From Perkinsela sp. CCAP 1560/9 (lineage: Eukaryota; Protista; Euglenozoa: Kinetoplastea), in the NCBI GenBank assembly GCA_965644495.1, contig CBFFSA010000001.1, forward strand, positions 3,348,001 to 3,412,000: a DNA stretch of 64,000 bases. Direction: 5' to 3'. The translations under genes were made by a program, and so were the position numbers. Numbering within the stretch: the first letter of the stretch is position 1; every line of letters starts with the position of its first letter. Below are positions 43,326-55,100 of the stretch, piece after piece. The notes under the pieces were generated by a model. That model did no database searches, was not told where the DNA came from, and saw only the letters and a program-made list of their open reading frames with translations.

Positions 43326-43881
43326 GGAAGTAGCGCAAGAACAAGCGGTTTGTACAGTATGTAAAAGGTCAAAACCTGAACCGTTCACGGTGTTTTCCGT
43401 AGTTTTCGTACTACAGAAGACGAAAACTTATGCGCTGGACGCATTGATGAAAAAGGCATGCAAAGCCGTGGAGTACTACTTGGACGTCCGCTCACTGCGT
43501 ACCTTTGACGACTGTGGAATGAGATTATTAAGGTCCTGTGGACGGTAACAGGGCCACGCAAGGAAGACCCCGCGATCTGCTTTTTGTCATTTTGCGCTGG
43601 CCATTGCAGTGGCCATCTTGAAAGATAATGCACAGACACCCTTCACGGAACAGTAGACCGGAGGGATAAGGTAGTCTGCACCCAACCTAAAAATGTCCAT
43701 CAATTTTATGTAGACACTTCTTCATGTGAATCGGATCTACTATTTCTTTCCGACGGAATAGCAACTTTTACAGGCATTCTGCGCAGCCCGTGGCTTTTGC
43801 ACGAAGGAATGTAGCCAAAGAACTTAAGAAAGTCATGGAAATAACAGTACAAGTTTTTGATTACATTAGAAGAAAACTTAA

Positions 43882-44793
43882 ATGAATTATTATTCTATTC
43901 TGTATTTTATGCCTGTTTTTTATGTTTCATATTCTTCTGCAATGTACCTTTCTTCAGAAAGAGTTTTGCCCGTGAATTTGCTTATGCCACTTTCATTGTG
44001 TCATTCGAAAGACGACACAAATTCGAACTCACGATATTCTCGAGCTGGGAAAATTAGAGGGACACAATTACCTCAGGAATATGACCTTGAAAGATTTGTT
44101 ACGGATATTGAAAATCCACATTGGTCGTGGAACACCAGTACCCCGGCATGTGAGTGGGACGGGGTTACGTGTGCCAACGGTGTTGACGTGTCGAGAATTG
44201 AATGGTCTTCGAGAGGACTTTCTGGTTCACTACGATGGGATTCACTACCACGAACAGTCGCTCGGCTCTCCGTTTCACGAAACAAACTTACAGGTTCGAT
44301 AGAGTTATCTGTCCTTCCGCCAAGTCTGATATTATTGAGCCTGATGAAAAATAACTTTGCCGGCAGGTTTGATTTGCAACATTTGTCAGATTTAATGGAG
44401 AAAGTTGGGGTTGTGGACAACCTTTTTGACGGGCCGGTAGACCTTGTTAATCTTCCTAAAAGTTTAACTGTGCTGTTATGTAACGAGAACATGTTTTCCG
44501 GTAACGTAATGCTTGATTGTTTACCGCAGAGTATGAACTACCTTAATCTTGGAAATAATCAGCTGTCAGGTCCCCTCGATCTACAGCATCTGCCATCATC
44601 ATTAAAAAGGCTATATTGCCAAAACAACTTCTTTGATGGTCTGGTTCAGTTTGACAGCCTTCCTGCGGGATTGCGCGTTCTATGTCTACGAAACAATACA
44701 GAACTACATGGTCTGCTAAGCAAACACACCATTCCTGCGTCATTAAAAGACATCGATGTGTGGGATACGAAGGTCATACAAGGGCTACCATAG
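43882..44793 (+). CDS. Leucine-rich repeat protein (23-aa repeats), tandem copy 1
   Basis: LRRNT cap SWNTSTPACEWDGVTC and ~8 repeats. Confidence 0.88.
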   Translation: MNYYSILYFMPVFYVSYSSAMYLSSERVLPVNLLMPLSLCHSKDDTNSNSRYSRAGKIRGTQLPQEYDLERFVTDIENPHWSWNTSTPACEWDGVTCANGVDVSRIEWSSRGLSGSLRWDSLPRTVARLSVSRNKLTGSIELSVLPPSLILLSLMKNNFAGRFDLQHLSDLMEKVGVVDNLFDGPVDLVNLPKSLTVLLCNENMFSGNVMLDCLPQSMNYLNLGNNQLSGPLDLQHLPSSLKRLYCQNNFFDGLVQFDSLPAGLRVLCLRNNTELHGLLSKHTIPASLKDIDVWDTKVIQGLP

Positions 44794-45080
44794 AGAAAGA
44801 GGGACAAGAGAATATCTCTGGTTTTCAAAAATCTCGCATTTGCGCATTTCAAAATAAAAGGAAATTTTTGAGCAAAACGGGTGAGATTTGACCATTAATT
44901 TTAGTAAGAATGGTTCGAGAATTACTGAGTACCTACTTTGGGGAGTGGGGCATTAGATGAATGGAGTGCAGTACGACCCGTTCGATGAACGGAAACGCAA
45001 ATTTCTTTTCGCAAAAAAAAAGTTGATTTGAATTTCAATGAATTGTACGTATTCTATTCTGTATTTTATGCCTGTTTTTT

Positions 45081-45950
45081 ATGTTTCATATTCTTCAGCA
45101 ATATACTTTTCTTCAGAGAGTTTTGCCCGTGAATTTGCTTATGCCACTTTTATTGTGTCATTCGAGGGACGACACAAATTCGAACTCACGATATTCTCGA
45201 GCTGGGAAAATTAGAGGGACACAATTACCTCAGGAATATGACCTTGAAAGATTTGTTACGGATATTGAAAATCCACATTGGTCGTGGAACACCAGTACCC
45301 CGGCATGTGAGTGGGACGGGGTTACGTGCGCCAATGGTGTTGACGTGTCGAAAATTCAATGGTCTTCGAGAGGACTTTCTGGTTCACTACGGTGGGATTC
45401 ACTACCACGAACAGTCGCTCGGCTCTCCGTTTCACGAAACAAGCTTACAGGTTCGATAGAGTTATCTGTCCTGCCACCAAGTCTGATATTATTGAGCCTG
45501 ATGAAGAACGATTTTTCCGGTAGGCTTGATTGGCAACATTTTCCAGAAATAATGCAAAAATTTGCGGTTGTGGACAACCTTTTTGATGGGCCGGTAGATC
45601 TAATAAATCTCCCGAAAAGTTTAACTTTGCTGATATGTCACAAGAATATGTTTTCCGGTAACATAATGATGGATGGTTTACCGCAGATTATGAGGTATCT
45701 TAATCTTGGAAATAATCAGCTGTCAGGTCCCCTCGACTTACAGCATCTGCCATTATCATTAAAAATGTTATATTGCCAAAATAACTTCTTTGATGGTCTA
45801 GTTCAGTTTGACAGCCTTCCTGCGGAATTGCGAGTGCTGTGGCTACAAAACAACACTGAACTCCATGGTCTACTAAACAACTACACCATTCCTGTGTCAT
45901 TAAAAGACATCGATGTGAGTGGTACGAAGATCATACAAGGACTACCATAG
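45081..45950 (+). CDS. Leucine-rich repeat protein, tandem copy 2 (5' end differs by a 2-nt deletion)
   Basis: Near-identical to copy 1 with a ~1.16-kb period, including the 3' flank. Confidence 0.85.
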   Translation: MFHILQQYTFLQRVLPVNLLMPLLLCHSRDDTNSNSRYSRAGKIRGTQLPQEYDLERFVTDIENPHWSWNTSTPACEWDGVTCANGVDVSKIQWSSRGLSGSLRWDSLPRTVARLSVSRNKLTGSIELSVLPPSLILLSLMKNDFSGRLDWQHFPEIMQKFAVVDNLFDGPVDLINLPKSLTLLICHKNMFSGNIMMDGLPQIMRYLNLGNNQLSGPLDLQHLPLSLKMLYCQNNFFDGLVQFDSLPAELRVLWLQNNTELHGLLNNYTIPVSLKDIDVSGTKIIQGLP

Positions 45951-46173
45951 AGAAAGAGGGACAAGAGAATGTCTCTGGTTTTCAAAAATCTCGTATTTGT
46001 GTATTTACTCAAAATAAGCAAAATTTAATATGTTAAGAAATTGAGGGCAAAACGGGTGAGAGTTACCCATTAATTTTAGTTGTAAATGAAGTTTCCAAAA
46101 TATTTAATAACTTCATTGTACATGTTGAGGATACTATTTTTCATTAGTATACATTGGTAGTACTGTTTATTAA

Positions 46174-46617
46174 ATGTGGCATTGTCTTGTTCTGTTGGCC
46201 TTCTTTCCGGCTACCTCAGCCGCTGAGTACGTCCCCGTCAGCTGTGCCACACCTCCTATGGAAGACTTATTCGCCCTGGAAAACGTTACCGTGACTCCGG
46301 ATATCCCCGCACGCACCACTATGGATTTTTTACTTCATGGCAAACCGTCCAGTGCCATCACGGGAGTCCAAGTCACCGCGACCAGTTCATTATGCATTAC
46401 CGAGGAAACCTGTGTGCCAGTGGATACCCGATTGCTGCCCTGTGTTACCCCCACCTGTGAAAAGTTTCCTGTCGGTGTTGATCATATTGGTGTGCAAACG
46501 GTGATCCCTGCTTACACCCCATCTGGCACCTATGAGGTAAAGTTACGCTACGAGGGGACCATGAAAGGGGATAAGAAGGAATTTGCTTGTGCGTTATACA
46601 GGTTCAGGCTGCATTGA
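46174..46617 (+). CDS. ML (MD-2/NPC2-like lipid-recognition) domain secreted protein
   Basis: Signal peptide, SC..VTVTPD, IPAYTPSGTYEVKL and FAC; 147 aa. Confidence 0.75.
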   Translation: MWHCLVLLAFFPATSAAEYVPVSCATPPMEDLFALENVTVTPDIPARTTMDFLLHGKPSSAITGVQVTATSSLCITEETCVPVDTRLLPCVTPTCEKFPVGVDHIGVQTVIPAYTPSGTYEVKLRYEGTMKGDKKEFACALYRFRLH

Positions 46618-47072
46618 AATAGGATGTGTGTTTGCAGGAACTTATACTACTTTATCCCCTATTAACATGTTGGACCGGAGAATTGTACGTAGTGGGCGCC
46701 ACAATAGTGCAAATTGAGGACGTGCTCGATAGCGTATAGGTTCTTGCTTGTTTGTGTACATAATTATAAGAATTCTTTTTGTCAACGACTCAAATCAATC
46801 ACGAATGAAGCTAGGTTTGTACAAAACATAATACACTCTCAGTAGTTCGTTCTCCGTTTCCCTGTTTATTATTGTTCGATTTTCTCATTGTTTTTTAAAT
46901 AGAAACTGCGCTTTATACTGCCTTGCATACATGTCGTTCACCGTTTACCAAGATTCCTCTATACATGCGTTTCATCTTACTTGATATTGGGACCTTCATC
47001 GGAATCTTTTGTTTGTGAAGAACACCATTTTCTTTATTAGTTAGACCTTTCTTCGTTAATTTCCTTACTCCC

Positions 47073-47636
47073 ATGCATCGATTTGAAAGTTACGAGTCCT
47101 TGAACGCGTATACAATAACTATCTACGTCAAAGGAGCAAATGAACGTGATGTAGCTGTCGAATGGATCAAAGACTCTGCTGCAACGGAAATCGTGGGCTT
47201 CGTTGTAAAAATTCGGGAGAATAAGTTACCATTTACTCCACTGGCAGGAAGCGTTGATCCGGAACTTACGCACATCGCGGTAAGAAATGTAAAGGTGGAA
47301 ATTACTCTTCACAAAAGTATACCTGGATACTGGGGAAGATTAACACTCCAACCAAGGGAACAGACAAATTCATCTGGATTAAATGCTCCAGCGGACACAT
47401 CTGTCCGCAGGGAAACACGTGACTGGTCAAAAATTAATTTTGAGGAAGACCCAAACACGGATATGCAAGATTTCTTGCGAAATATTTATGCACAAGGTAC
47501 GGAAGAAAGTCGCAGAGCCATGATGAAGAGCTTTCAAGAAAGCGGTGGTACGGTACTTTCTACTAACTGGAGTGAAGTAGGGTCTAAAGCCGTCGACGCC
47601 AAGCCCCCATCCGGTATGGAGGAACGAAACTGGTGA
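47073..47636 (+). CDS. SGT1: SGT1 (CS + SGS domains, no TPR)
   Basis: KVEITLHK..W and IYAQG.EESRRAMMKSFQESGGTVLSTNW. Confidence 0.93.
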   Translation: MHRFESYESLNAYTITIYVKGANERDVAVEWIKDSAATEIVGFVVKIRENKLPFTPLAGSVDPELTHIAVRNVKVEITLHKSIPGYWGRLTLQPREQTNSSGLNAPADTSVRRETRDWSKINFEEDPNTDMQDFLRNIYAQGTEESRRAMMKSFQESGGTVLSTNWSEVGSKAVDAKPPSGMEERNW

Positions 47637-48224
47637 GATCCTTGAGCCTGAAATGTCCCCGTTTGTAAGTTTTTGAGCATTAGAAGAGTTCTCGTACTAA
47701 GCAGAACCAATATTCTTATGAGTCATACGTTTCGTTGGTAGTTATATTCTTGCTTGGGGCATCCATTCTAGATTAATGTCCTGTCTCTGTTAAAGTGTAT
47801 CTGTTGTATAGCGAAACATTGTTAAGAGCTCAGGAACTTCGTATCCGTCTGCAACTCACAAGTTTTGGTCTTGGAGTGATTTAAGCGTAGTGAACAGTCT
47901 TGCTCCACTTCTTGTTTCTTCAAAACGGAAAAACAGTGCTCAACTGAAGAAGTTAAGAAGTAGAATAGTCAGGGAGGTACCCCGTCAGGAGAGTGAAACC
48001 GCGAAAATAATCCAAAGTTTCGAAATAGCGTCTCGTCATTGGCCTAGTTGCACGCTCTAGTGTATTCTCATAAAAATGTGATCATTATAACATTGGCTCA
48101 ATATTAGACTCCTAGTCATAATAGTATTAATATGATTAGTTAATTTTAAAACCTTTATGAGATAAAGCTATAATCGTAACGATTTTGGTTTGGAGGGTGG
48201 GTGGTGTTGACGTTCGCTTCCGTA

Positions 48225-48524
48225 CACCCCCGCTAATATATTTTTATAAACGGGTGATTTTTCGACTTTTATAATTTTCTGAATTTATAAAAAACATGCT
48301 TCGCTGTATAATTTATAAAACGTTTTTTTTCAAATTTGTATGCCTTTTTTCATTAAATCGGTCGAAAGCAGCATTTCGAAAGTATGGGAATCATCGTCGG
48401 TAAACGTAGGGATAGTGGTGACGTCAACCGATACCTCCGCAAATTAATTTGTATGAATTATAGATATAGATATAAATGTAAAAGTTTTATAATTCATGTT
48501 TATAGAAATTTATTAGCGAAGGTG
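48225..48524. mobile_element. 300-bp AT-rich Tc1-type MITE
   Basis: 27-bp TIRs at 48225-48251 and 48498-48524 (23/27), starting TA|CACCCCCG like the element at 4201. Confidence 0.65.
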
Positions 48525-48751
48525 TGCGCTAACTGGGCCACGGTGAGGAGTAAAAAGGTGTATCTAAACCTGTGTAAATTTCGCCAACCTTTTTCACATC
48601 CGCCTTCTGTCAGATTCTATTCAAACACGTACATGTACATGAGGATATGTAAATAGAAATAAACACAGTACTGATAACGGGAAAAGTCAAAAAGTAATTA
48701 AAATGAAAAACAAAATCAATCAACGAGTCATTTCAAGTTTATCTCTTACCT

Positions 48752-49381
48752 ATGTCACAGCAGTTTTCCGATCTTGGATATAAACAGCTCGCATATGCAC
48801 TCATCGCTCTTTGCCTGGGCATTTACATTCTCTTCTTCACCAAACGAAGCGCCCTAGTCGCCGGACATGAACTTCCCACAACGTCGTCGAAACACCCTTC
48901 CAAAGTGGGGAAACAGAAGAAGAAGTCATCCCATGCGAGAGCGCCTCACTCCACGGAAGCCATGCCCTTGCAGCCACCGCATACGCCCCAGCCGGTTGTG
49001 AAAGGTCGCGGACGAACCGTTCCGGGCCTTGGTATGGAAGCAGACGTGGTGCGGCTACGTACCACCGCGGATGTGGCCGCTGAAAAGGCAAAGCGCTCTC
49101 AGTCCGTCCGAGAGAAAGGAACGCAGGAAAAACTTGCCGAGCGTTCCTCCACACGTAAGCATAAAAAAGACAAGCCCTCGCGACTTGATGCTCGCAGTGC
49201 TAAAGCAGAATTTGAACTTGAGATGCAACGAAAAACGCAGGAGCTTAGTTCACGAATTAATACTTTTGTTTCCCAACAGGGTCGAATCAAGCCGAAAGAA
49301 AGTGAGGCCCCCGGAACAAGTGAGCCGGCTATCCGGGTCTCCTCTGATCTTCGACGAAGCAGTTTTACGTGGAATAGCTGA
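48752..49381 (+). CDS. Hypothetical N-terminally anchored membrane protein
   Basis: TM-like LAYALIALCLGIYILFF followed by a basic/coiled-coil tail. Confidence 0.7.
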   Translation: MSQQFSDLGYKQLAYALIALCLGIYILFFTKRSALVAGHELPTTSSKHPSKVGKQKKKSSHARAPHSTEAMPLQPPHTPQPVVKGRGRTVPGLGMEADVVRLRTTADVAAEKAKRSQSVREKGTQEKLAERSSTRKHKKDKPSRLDARSAKAEFELEMQRKTQELSSRINTFVSQQGRIKPKESEAPGTSEPAIRVSSDLRRSSFTWNS

Positions 49382-49822
49382 TTTTCTGAACCCTAATACC
49401 CAAAATTATGGGGGATATACAAATGACAATGTTGTTTGTGAGAGTTCGGTACAATGTAATACGGAATCTACGTCGAAATACATCTATAAATTGTTTGTCT
49501 TTCGATATCATTCCATATAGTTTCTGCTGGTATGGAGCATAGAATTATGAAAATATTTTACAATATACGTTACTTTATGTGGTAAAAAGAATGAGATAGT
49601 ATAATAGACCACCACTTTTGCCGCTCTGTCTTCTAAGCTTTTCAGCCATCATAGTTCGTTTCCCTTTATCTTTCACCTTCAGTTTGTGTACTCTTTTTTC
49701 GAATTTTTATGTTACTTTCAGGGCAACAAGTAATAGCCAAAACTGAATACTGTGGACCGTATAGTTCTTAGCCGAAATAACAATCTTTCTCCTTACTGTA
49801 CTTTAAATTGCAAAAAACACTC

Positions 49823-50023
49823 ATGGCGGTATCTGTGGACCTTGATCGCACACCTTTATGGATAGCTTCAGGGCTTCGCTATCTTGAAGAACACACTGAT
49901 GCGATTGCCTGGACAGTTGTGATGTTTGTTTTGACCTTTCATGCGATGTGCGTGCCTATGATTGTGTACAACATGTACCGTCAGAACAATAGCCCTAAAA
50001 AAGCATGGCGTAAAAATGACTAA
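49823..50023 (+). CDS. Small single-pass membrane protein (66 aa)
   Basis: ATG at 49823; one hydrophobic helix and a basic C-terminus. Confidence 0.5.
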   Translation: MAVSVDLDRTPLWIASGLRYLEEHTDAIAWTVVMFVLTFHAMCVPMIVYNMYRQNNSPKKAWRKND

Positions 50024-50247
50024 GGATGAACCCATCTCCACACTTTCCTCTTTACGATATGTTGATTTGTGCAGCAAAAAATACATGTGGCCGATGTCAC
50101 ATGCAGCGTTCGATTTATTCCAATTTTGCTTACGAGACAAATATAGGCTTCATTCATATTCTTCCAATGCTAAGTTTTCCAATACTAAGCCTAACAACAT
50201 ACTAAAAGTTTTATCCAAAATTCTGTTCTCTTCTTTCTCTTCTTTCC

Positions 50248-51273
50248 ATGACAATCTCTAACAAGGAGGACCTTTTCGATGGTATCCTCCTCGGACTCGC
50301 CCAACGCCATACCGGGGGCGTGGACGACCTACTGGATACTTTCTTCTCCTTCCTGGAACGCAAAACCGACTTTTTCTCCCGACCCGACGAAGCGCTCCGC
50401 AGAGTACAAAACCACTTTACCCACGCCCAGCAACAATTTGAAAAACGAATCGCCACAACACGGCAGCAACAACAACAACACGCTGCAACAATGAAAGCCA
50501 CAACATCCCCCCAAGCCGAAAAACAACACCCCCACAGTCGTGTCGAGGTACTCAGTGACACAGAAGAGGAGACCGAGGCCGACGACACCCCCCGTCGTGT
50601 CGAGGCCTACAAGCAAAACATCGCCGCCACCGAGGCACGTCTCCAGGACACCCTCCACGAGATTGCCTCCCGTCCCCCGACAACCTCCAAGACCCCGGAG
50701 AGTGAGGCTCCCCTCTCCTCCGAACAAACACAGTCACAGCCCCCCGCTCTCCCCCCGAACTCCGGCAACGGTGCCGATCTCCCGCGCTACCGTTTCACCC
50801 AGACCCTCGGGGAGCTGGAGCTCCGCGTGCCGCTGCCCTTCCCCTGCAAAGCCCGGGATCTCGAAATCGAGCTCACCCCGGGCTCCATCGCGGTGGGACG
50901 GAAGCGCGACCCCGCGGGGCCGTGGCTCTCCGGGGCCTTCACCCACGCGGTGAAGACCGGGGAGTGTGTGTGGACGCTGGAGGAGGGCGGGGGGACGGTG
51001 GTGGTACAGCTGGTGAAACAGAACGGACAGCAGTGGTGGAAGTCCGTGCTGGTGGGGGATGCGGAGATTGATTTGTCCAAGGTGGTCCCGGAGAATTCGA
51101 AATTGGGGGATTTGGATCGCGAGACACGGCAGACGGTGGAGAAGATGATGTATGATCAGCGGCGTAAGCAGATGGGGTTGCCGACCTCGGAGGATGAGAA
51201 GAAAAATGAGATGCTACAGAAGTTTATGGAACAGCACCCGGAGATGGATTTCTCGAAGGCGAAGTTTAGCTAG
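50248..51273 (+). CDS. NUDC: Nuclear distribution protein NudC
   Basis: FDGILLGLAQ..FFSFLERKTDFF, PNSGNG, CS domain, ETRQTVEKMMYDQR and HPEMDFSKAK. Confidence 0.96.
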   Translation: MTISNKEDLFDGILLGLAQRHTGGVDDLLDTFFSFLERKTDFFSRPDEALRRVQNHFTHAQQQFEKRIATTRQQQQQHAATMKATTSPQAEKQHPHSRVEVLSDTEEETEADDTPRRVEAYKQNIAATEARLQDTLHEIASRPPTTSKTPESEAPLSSEQTQSQPPALPPNSGNGADLPRYRFTQTLGELELRVPLPFPCKARDLEIELTPGSIAVGRKRDPAGPWLSGAFTHAVKTGECVWTLEEGGGTVVVQLVKQNGQQWWKSVLVGDAEIDLSKVVPENSKLGDLDRETRQTVEKMMYDQRRKQMGLPTSEDEKKNEMLQKFMEQHPEMDFSKAKFS

Positions 51274-51550
51274 TGAGGAGTTCAGCGTCGTGAAACAAGA
51301 GGGCTCGTCATGCGTGGGCTGAAGCGTTGGAAAGTATTTATTTGGTGCGTCAAATGAACAGCCAATGTGCTTTAGACATGAAATAGTGATCAGACCTGAT
51401 ATCCCTTTTATTCGTGTTGGTAATTAGCTCTTCGTTGTATAAAACAGTTTACGTTCTAGCAAGGTACTACTTAAAGGATAATAAGGTTAAAAAACACTTT
51501 CAATACTGGGCTTTTTTAGTTTTGTTTTGGCACCACTAACCGATTTTCTA

Positions 51551-51994
51551 ATGTCAAGCAATTTTTCCTTAGTGGGAAGAAGGCTTTTGTCTCCTCTTCT
51601 CCGGATACGGGCAATGAGATCTGTACCCCCAGAAGGCTATACTGTTTTCTACTTATCCAAAGGGCAAGACCTGGCGGAGTATCTAAAAGAGCACTCTAAA
51701 AAGTTGTCTATCGTCGTTTTGTACTCTGAAAAGGGGGAACTGCTCGACGAATTTCAAACGCATTTGTCTCACATTCCACTAGGAGATCCGAAGGATGTTA
51801 CAGTGGCCTACTTGGGCATTGAACACTGTCCTACTTCATTTATCGAAGCGAACAGAGTATGTGCACTGCCTACGTCTTTATTATTTATGAACGGGAGGGT
51901 AAAATACAAAGTAGTGGGGCTTAGGTTGAATGAGCTCAGCATTAAGAGCAACTTCGCATTACGTAACGCGGGTCTAAACCCATGTGCATGGTAG
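51551..51994 (+). CDS. Thioredoxin-fold protein without CxxC, with a putative mitochondrial presequence
   Basis: VCALPTSLLFMNG..KVVG thioredoxin C-terminal motif; Arg/Leu/Ser-rich N-terminus. Confidence 0.65.
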   Translation: MSSNFSLVGRRLLSPLLRIRAMRSVPPEGYTVFYLSKGQDLAEYLKEHSKKLSIVVLYSEKGELLDEFQTHLSHIPLGDPKDVTVAYLGIEHCPTSFIEANRVCALPTSLLFMNGRVKYKVVGLRLNELSIKSNFALRNAGLNPCAW

Positions 51995-52162
51995 TTCTTA
52001 AACCATACTTAATGAAAGTGTATATTTCGAGAAGTACGTTGTATGAATTAAACAAAAAAAGGCTTATAGAGGGTCACACATATTTTTCATTTGTAAGAGG
52101 GGTCTAAGATTTCTATTCTTACACTGAATATTGATTTCTATTTCAGTTACGTTTCTATTTTC

Positions 52163-55100
52163 ATGGACACTGAGTATCCCGAAACGGCAGATGTTGATTA
52201 TAGCGAATATCCGCTAAAAGATTTATTAAGCCACAAGGAGTGGAAGGCAAGAAAGGTAGGATATGAGAGACTTCGCGATCTCAGCGCGAAGAGCAATCTT
52301 CCGGATCCTCTTCAGTACGTTGAATTGATTCCCAGTTTTCTGAAAGAGCCGAATGTAGCCGTGCTTGAAGTAGCTTTTGAAGCTCTACATGGTCTTTTGA
52401 AGCAGTTGAATGTGCCACATTCTGTAGAAGATTCTGTATTATCAACTCTATGTGAAAAGGGCTTAAGTGGGCGACCCCGCGCGCTTCGTGCTACTCTTGA
52501 TGCTCTGGTAGAATTGGTAGCTATGGGGAATGGCCAGGCCGTCGTCGAAGCCCTTCTTTTGCACGCGAGTTCTAAGAGCCCGAAAGGTCGGCATGGTGTG
52601 CTTCAAGCCGTACGGCGGCTTCTTCAAGAATTCGGTTCCGTTTTCGACTCAAAACTGAAGCCTCTGTTAAAATCTTTAACTACGTTGGTAAATGATTCCG
52701 ACAAGAACGTGAGAAAGGAAGCATTGGGTGTGTTTGTTGTGCTTTATCGTCATATAGGGGACACGATACGACCTTTTCTGGCTGATCTTCGAGATGTACA
52801 GAAAGAAGAATTAGAAAAAGAATTTGCCGGCGTTTCCAATACTCAGCCGCAAACCTATCGACCTTTACATGGCAACTTAACCGATGTAACTGTCACTAAA
52901 GCTTCTGTTAGACATGGCGAAAGTCAGAGTGTCTCTACTACGTTTGTTGCTGCTACTCCACTTGCTGGCATCGAGCTTCACGACGCCACACCGGTGTTAA
53001 GTAAACTTCCGAAAGCGTTTATTGGCACCGTGATGAACAAGGGACTTAAATGGCAAGAGCGCAACGAAATGGTACAGGAGAATTTGACGCCGCTGATAAA
53101 AGCTCCAAGATTAAAGGAGGACGACTATACTGAGTTGGTAAAATGTTTACGATCACTTGTACTGGATTCACAGCTGCCACTCCAAGTGGTGGGAATTAGA
53201 AGTATCGGAAGCTTGGCATCTGGACTGAGCACGCATTTTTCGCCATACGTTCGATTGGTTGCACCTTGTTTATTCGATAAATTTAAGGAGAAAAAGAAAG
53301 GTCACCTTGAAGCCCTATGGCTCACCCTCAACACTTTTCTAGACTGTGTTTTGTCGTTTAGCGACATTTTTGATGACTGGGAAGTAGCGGTGACAAGTAA
53401 AGTTCCTCATCAACGAGTGAACGCACTAGAATGGGCATGTGCAGCACTTACGAAACACAACAACGCAACGCATACCAATCGCATACATCAGGCCAGTAAC
53501 CTTATCAAAAAACTTCTTTCTGACGATAAAGCCGAAGTTAGAAGCTCATCACAAAAGCTTCAAAGTGTTCTGAACGGTTGCAAAATTGAGAACCAAGCGG
53601 CAAAAACGAGACCAGAAGTGCATGAACCCTTACGCAAGATTCATGAAAAAGATGCGCGAGTACGCGAACGAACTCCTTCAAAACTTCAAGGTGGAACACA
53701 CGCCAAGTTATTTAAAACTGTGAACAAGGAAGTATCTTCTCTTATTGTGGATCAATCGCCTGCAAAAGTAAACACAGAAGTGAAACCCTATTCCTTCAGT
53801 GAAACTATTGGTCTCGAGTCAAAACCAAGAGAGTGTGATGAAGCAATTAACGATCTTACGACCTGTTTTCCCCACGAGATCATTACACAGCTCTCTAACA
53901 GAGACTGGAGTGTGAGACGAGATGCTGTTCGCTACATGTTAGAAACTGTGAGGTCTTGGTCCGAGTCTGAAGTTATAGGTTCCATCGAAAGTCTTGTATC
54001 ACTGTTACATTACAGTCCCAGTTGGAAAGAAAATAATATGTACACGCTAGTTGAAATGTTGTCCTTGCTGAAGGCACTCCTTATCCCGCTATCGCAAAGC
54101 ACTATAATTCCTTCCTTCATTGCTCGCTTAATGATAGAGGGGCCTTTCCCGCGACTAATTGACTCACGGTGTCAACCTACTATTTATGAAATCTACGACT
54201 TGGTTGCGAAAATGCATGGTTCTCAGTTTTTAGTGACCCATGTGGCATATTTGACATCAAAGAATATTTCCAACGCAAAATTAGCATGTGAAGGGATGTT
54301 GTATATGCAGCATAGCATTGAACAACATCCTTCCGATCCTACTGATACTAGCTTGATAGTCCACATGGGTAAAATGGGTCTCGCGCACCTTCAGCCTTCA
54401 GTACGTGAAGTCACGGCGATCTTGGTTACTGCAGCAAGCCGGGTAAATAAAGAAAACCTTGCGAAGCACATGGAGGAAATTAAACCTCAACTCAGAGGAG
54501 CACTGGAATCATCGATTGACAGGGTATTAGATAATCAATCGGGGCGTCACCCTTATAGTACGTCTGCCTCTACAAAGACTAATTACTCGTCCCAGGTAAG
54601 TTCGAAAGATAACATTGATCTGACTTCTAACGAATTAGTAAAGAAATTTGAGAGGTGCGCTGATTGGCAAGACTATTCTAAATTGCTGAAACTTCTTGAG
54701 TCCGAACTTTCATGTCAACAAAAACCAATCAAATTTTCGTGCTTGGGGGAATTGGTGAAGCATTTCTGTGTACGATTGGAGGAGCCAAACAAGAACATAG
54801 TTCTTGAAACCCTTCACTCGATGCTATTATTATTTCATGCAATAGAAGGCGGTATCAAACCGGTTTGCCGCGTAGTGATAATGTCTACAATGCCTCTTCT
54901 TGGGGATTTAAAGCCCGCTCTTAGACAAGCAGCGTTCGATCTGGCTGAAGTATGTGTACAACACGGAAATTTTGATACAATTGTCCCCGTCATGTTGCGT
55001 GGGATGTGCGCTGAATCAACACATGCTCGCCAACTTGCTCTTGAGCTTGCTCTTTTGTTTACATCTCGTAATGCCCCCTTTGACCGCGGTGCCTTAAGTG

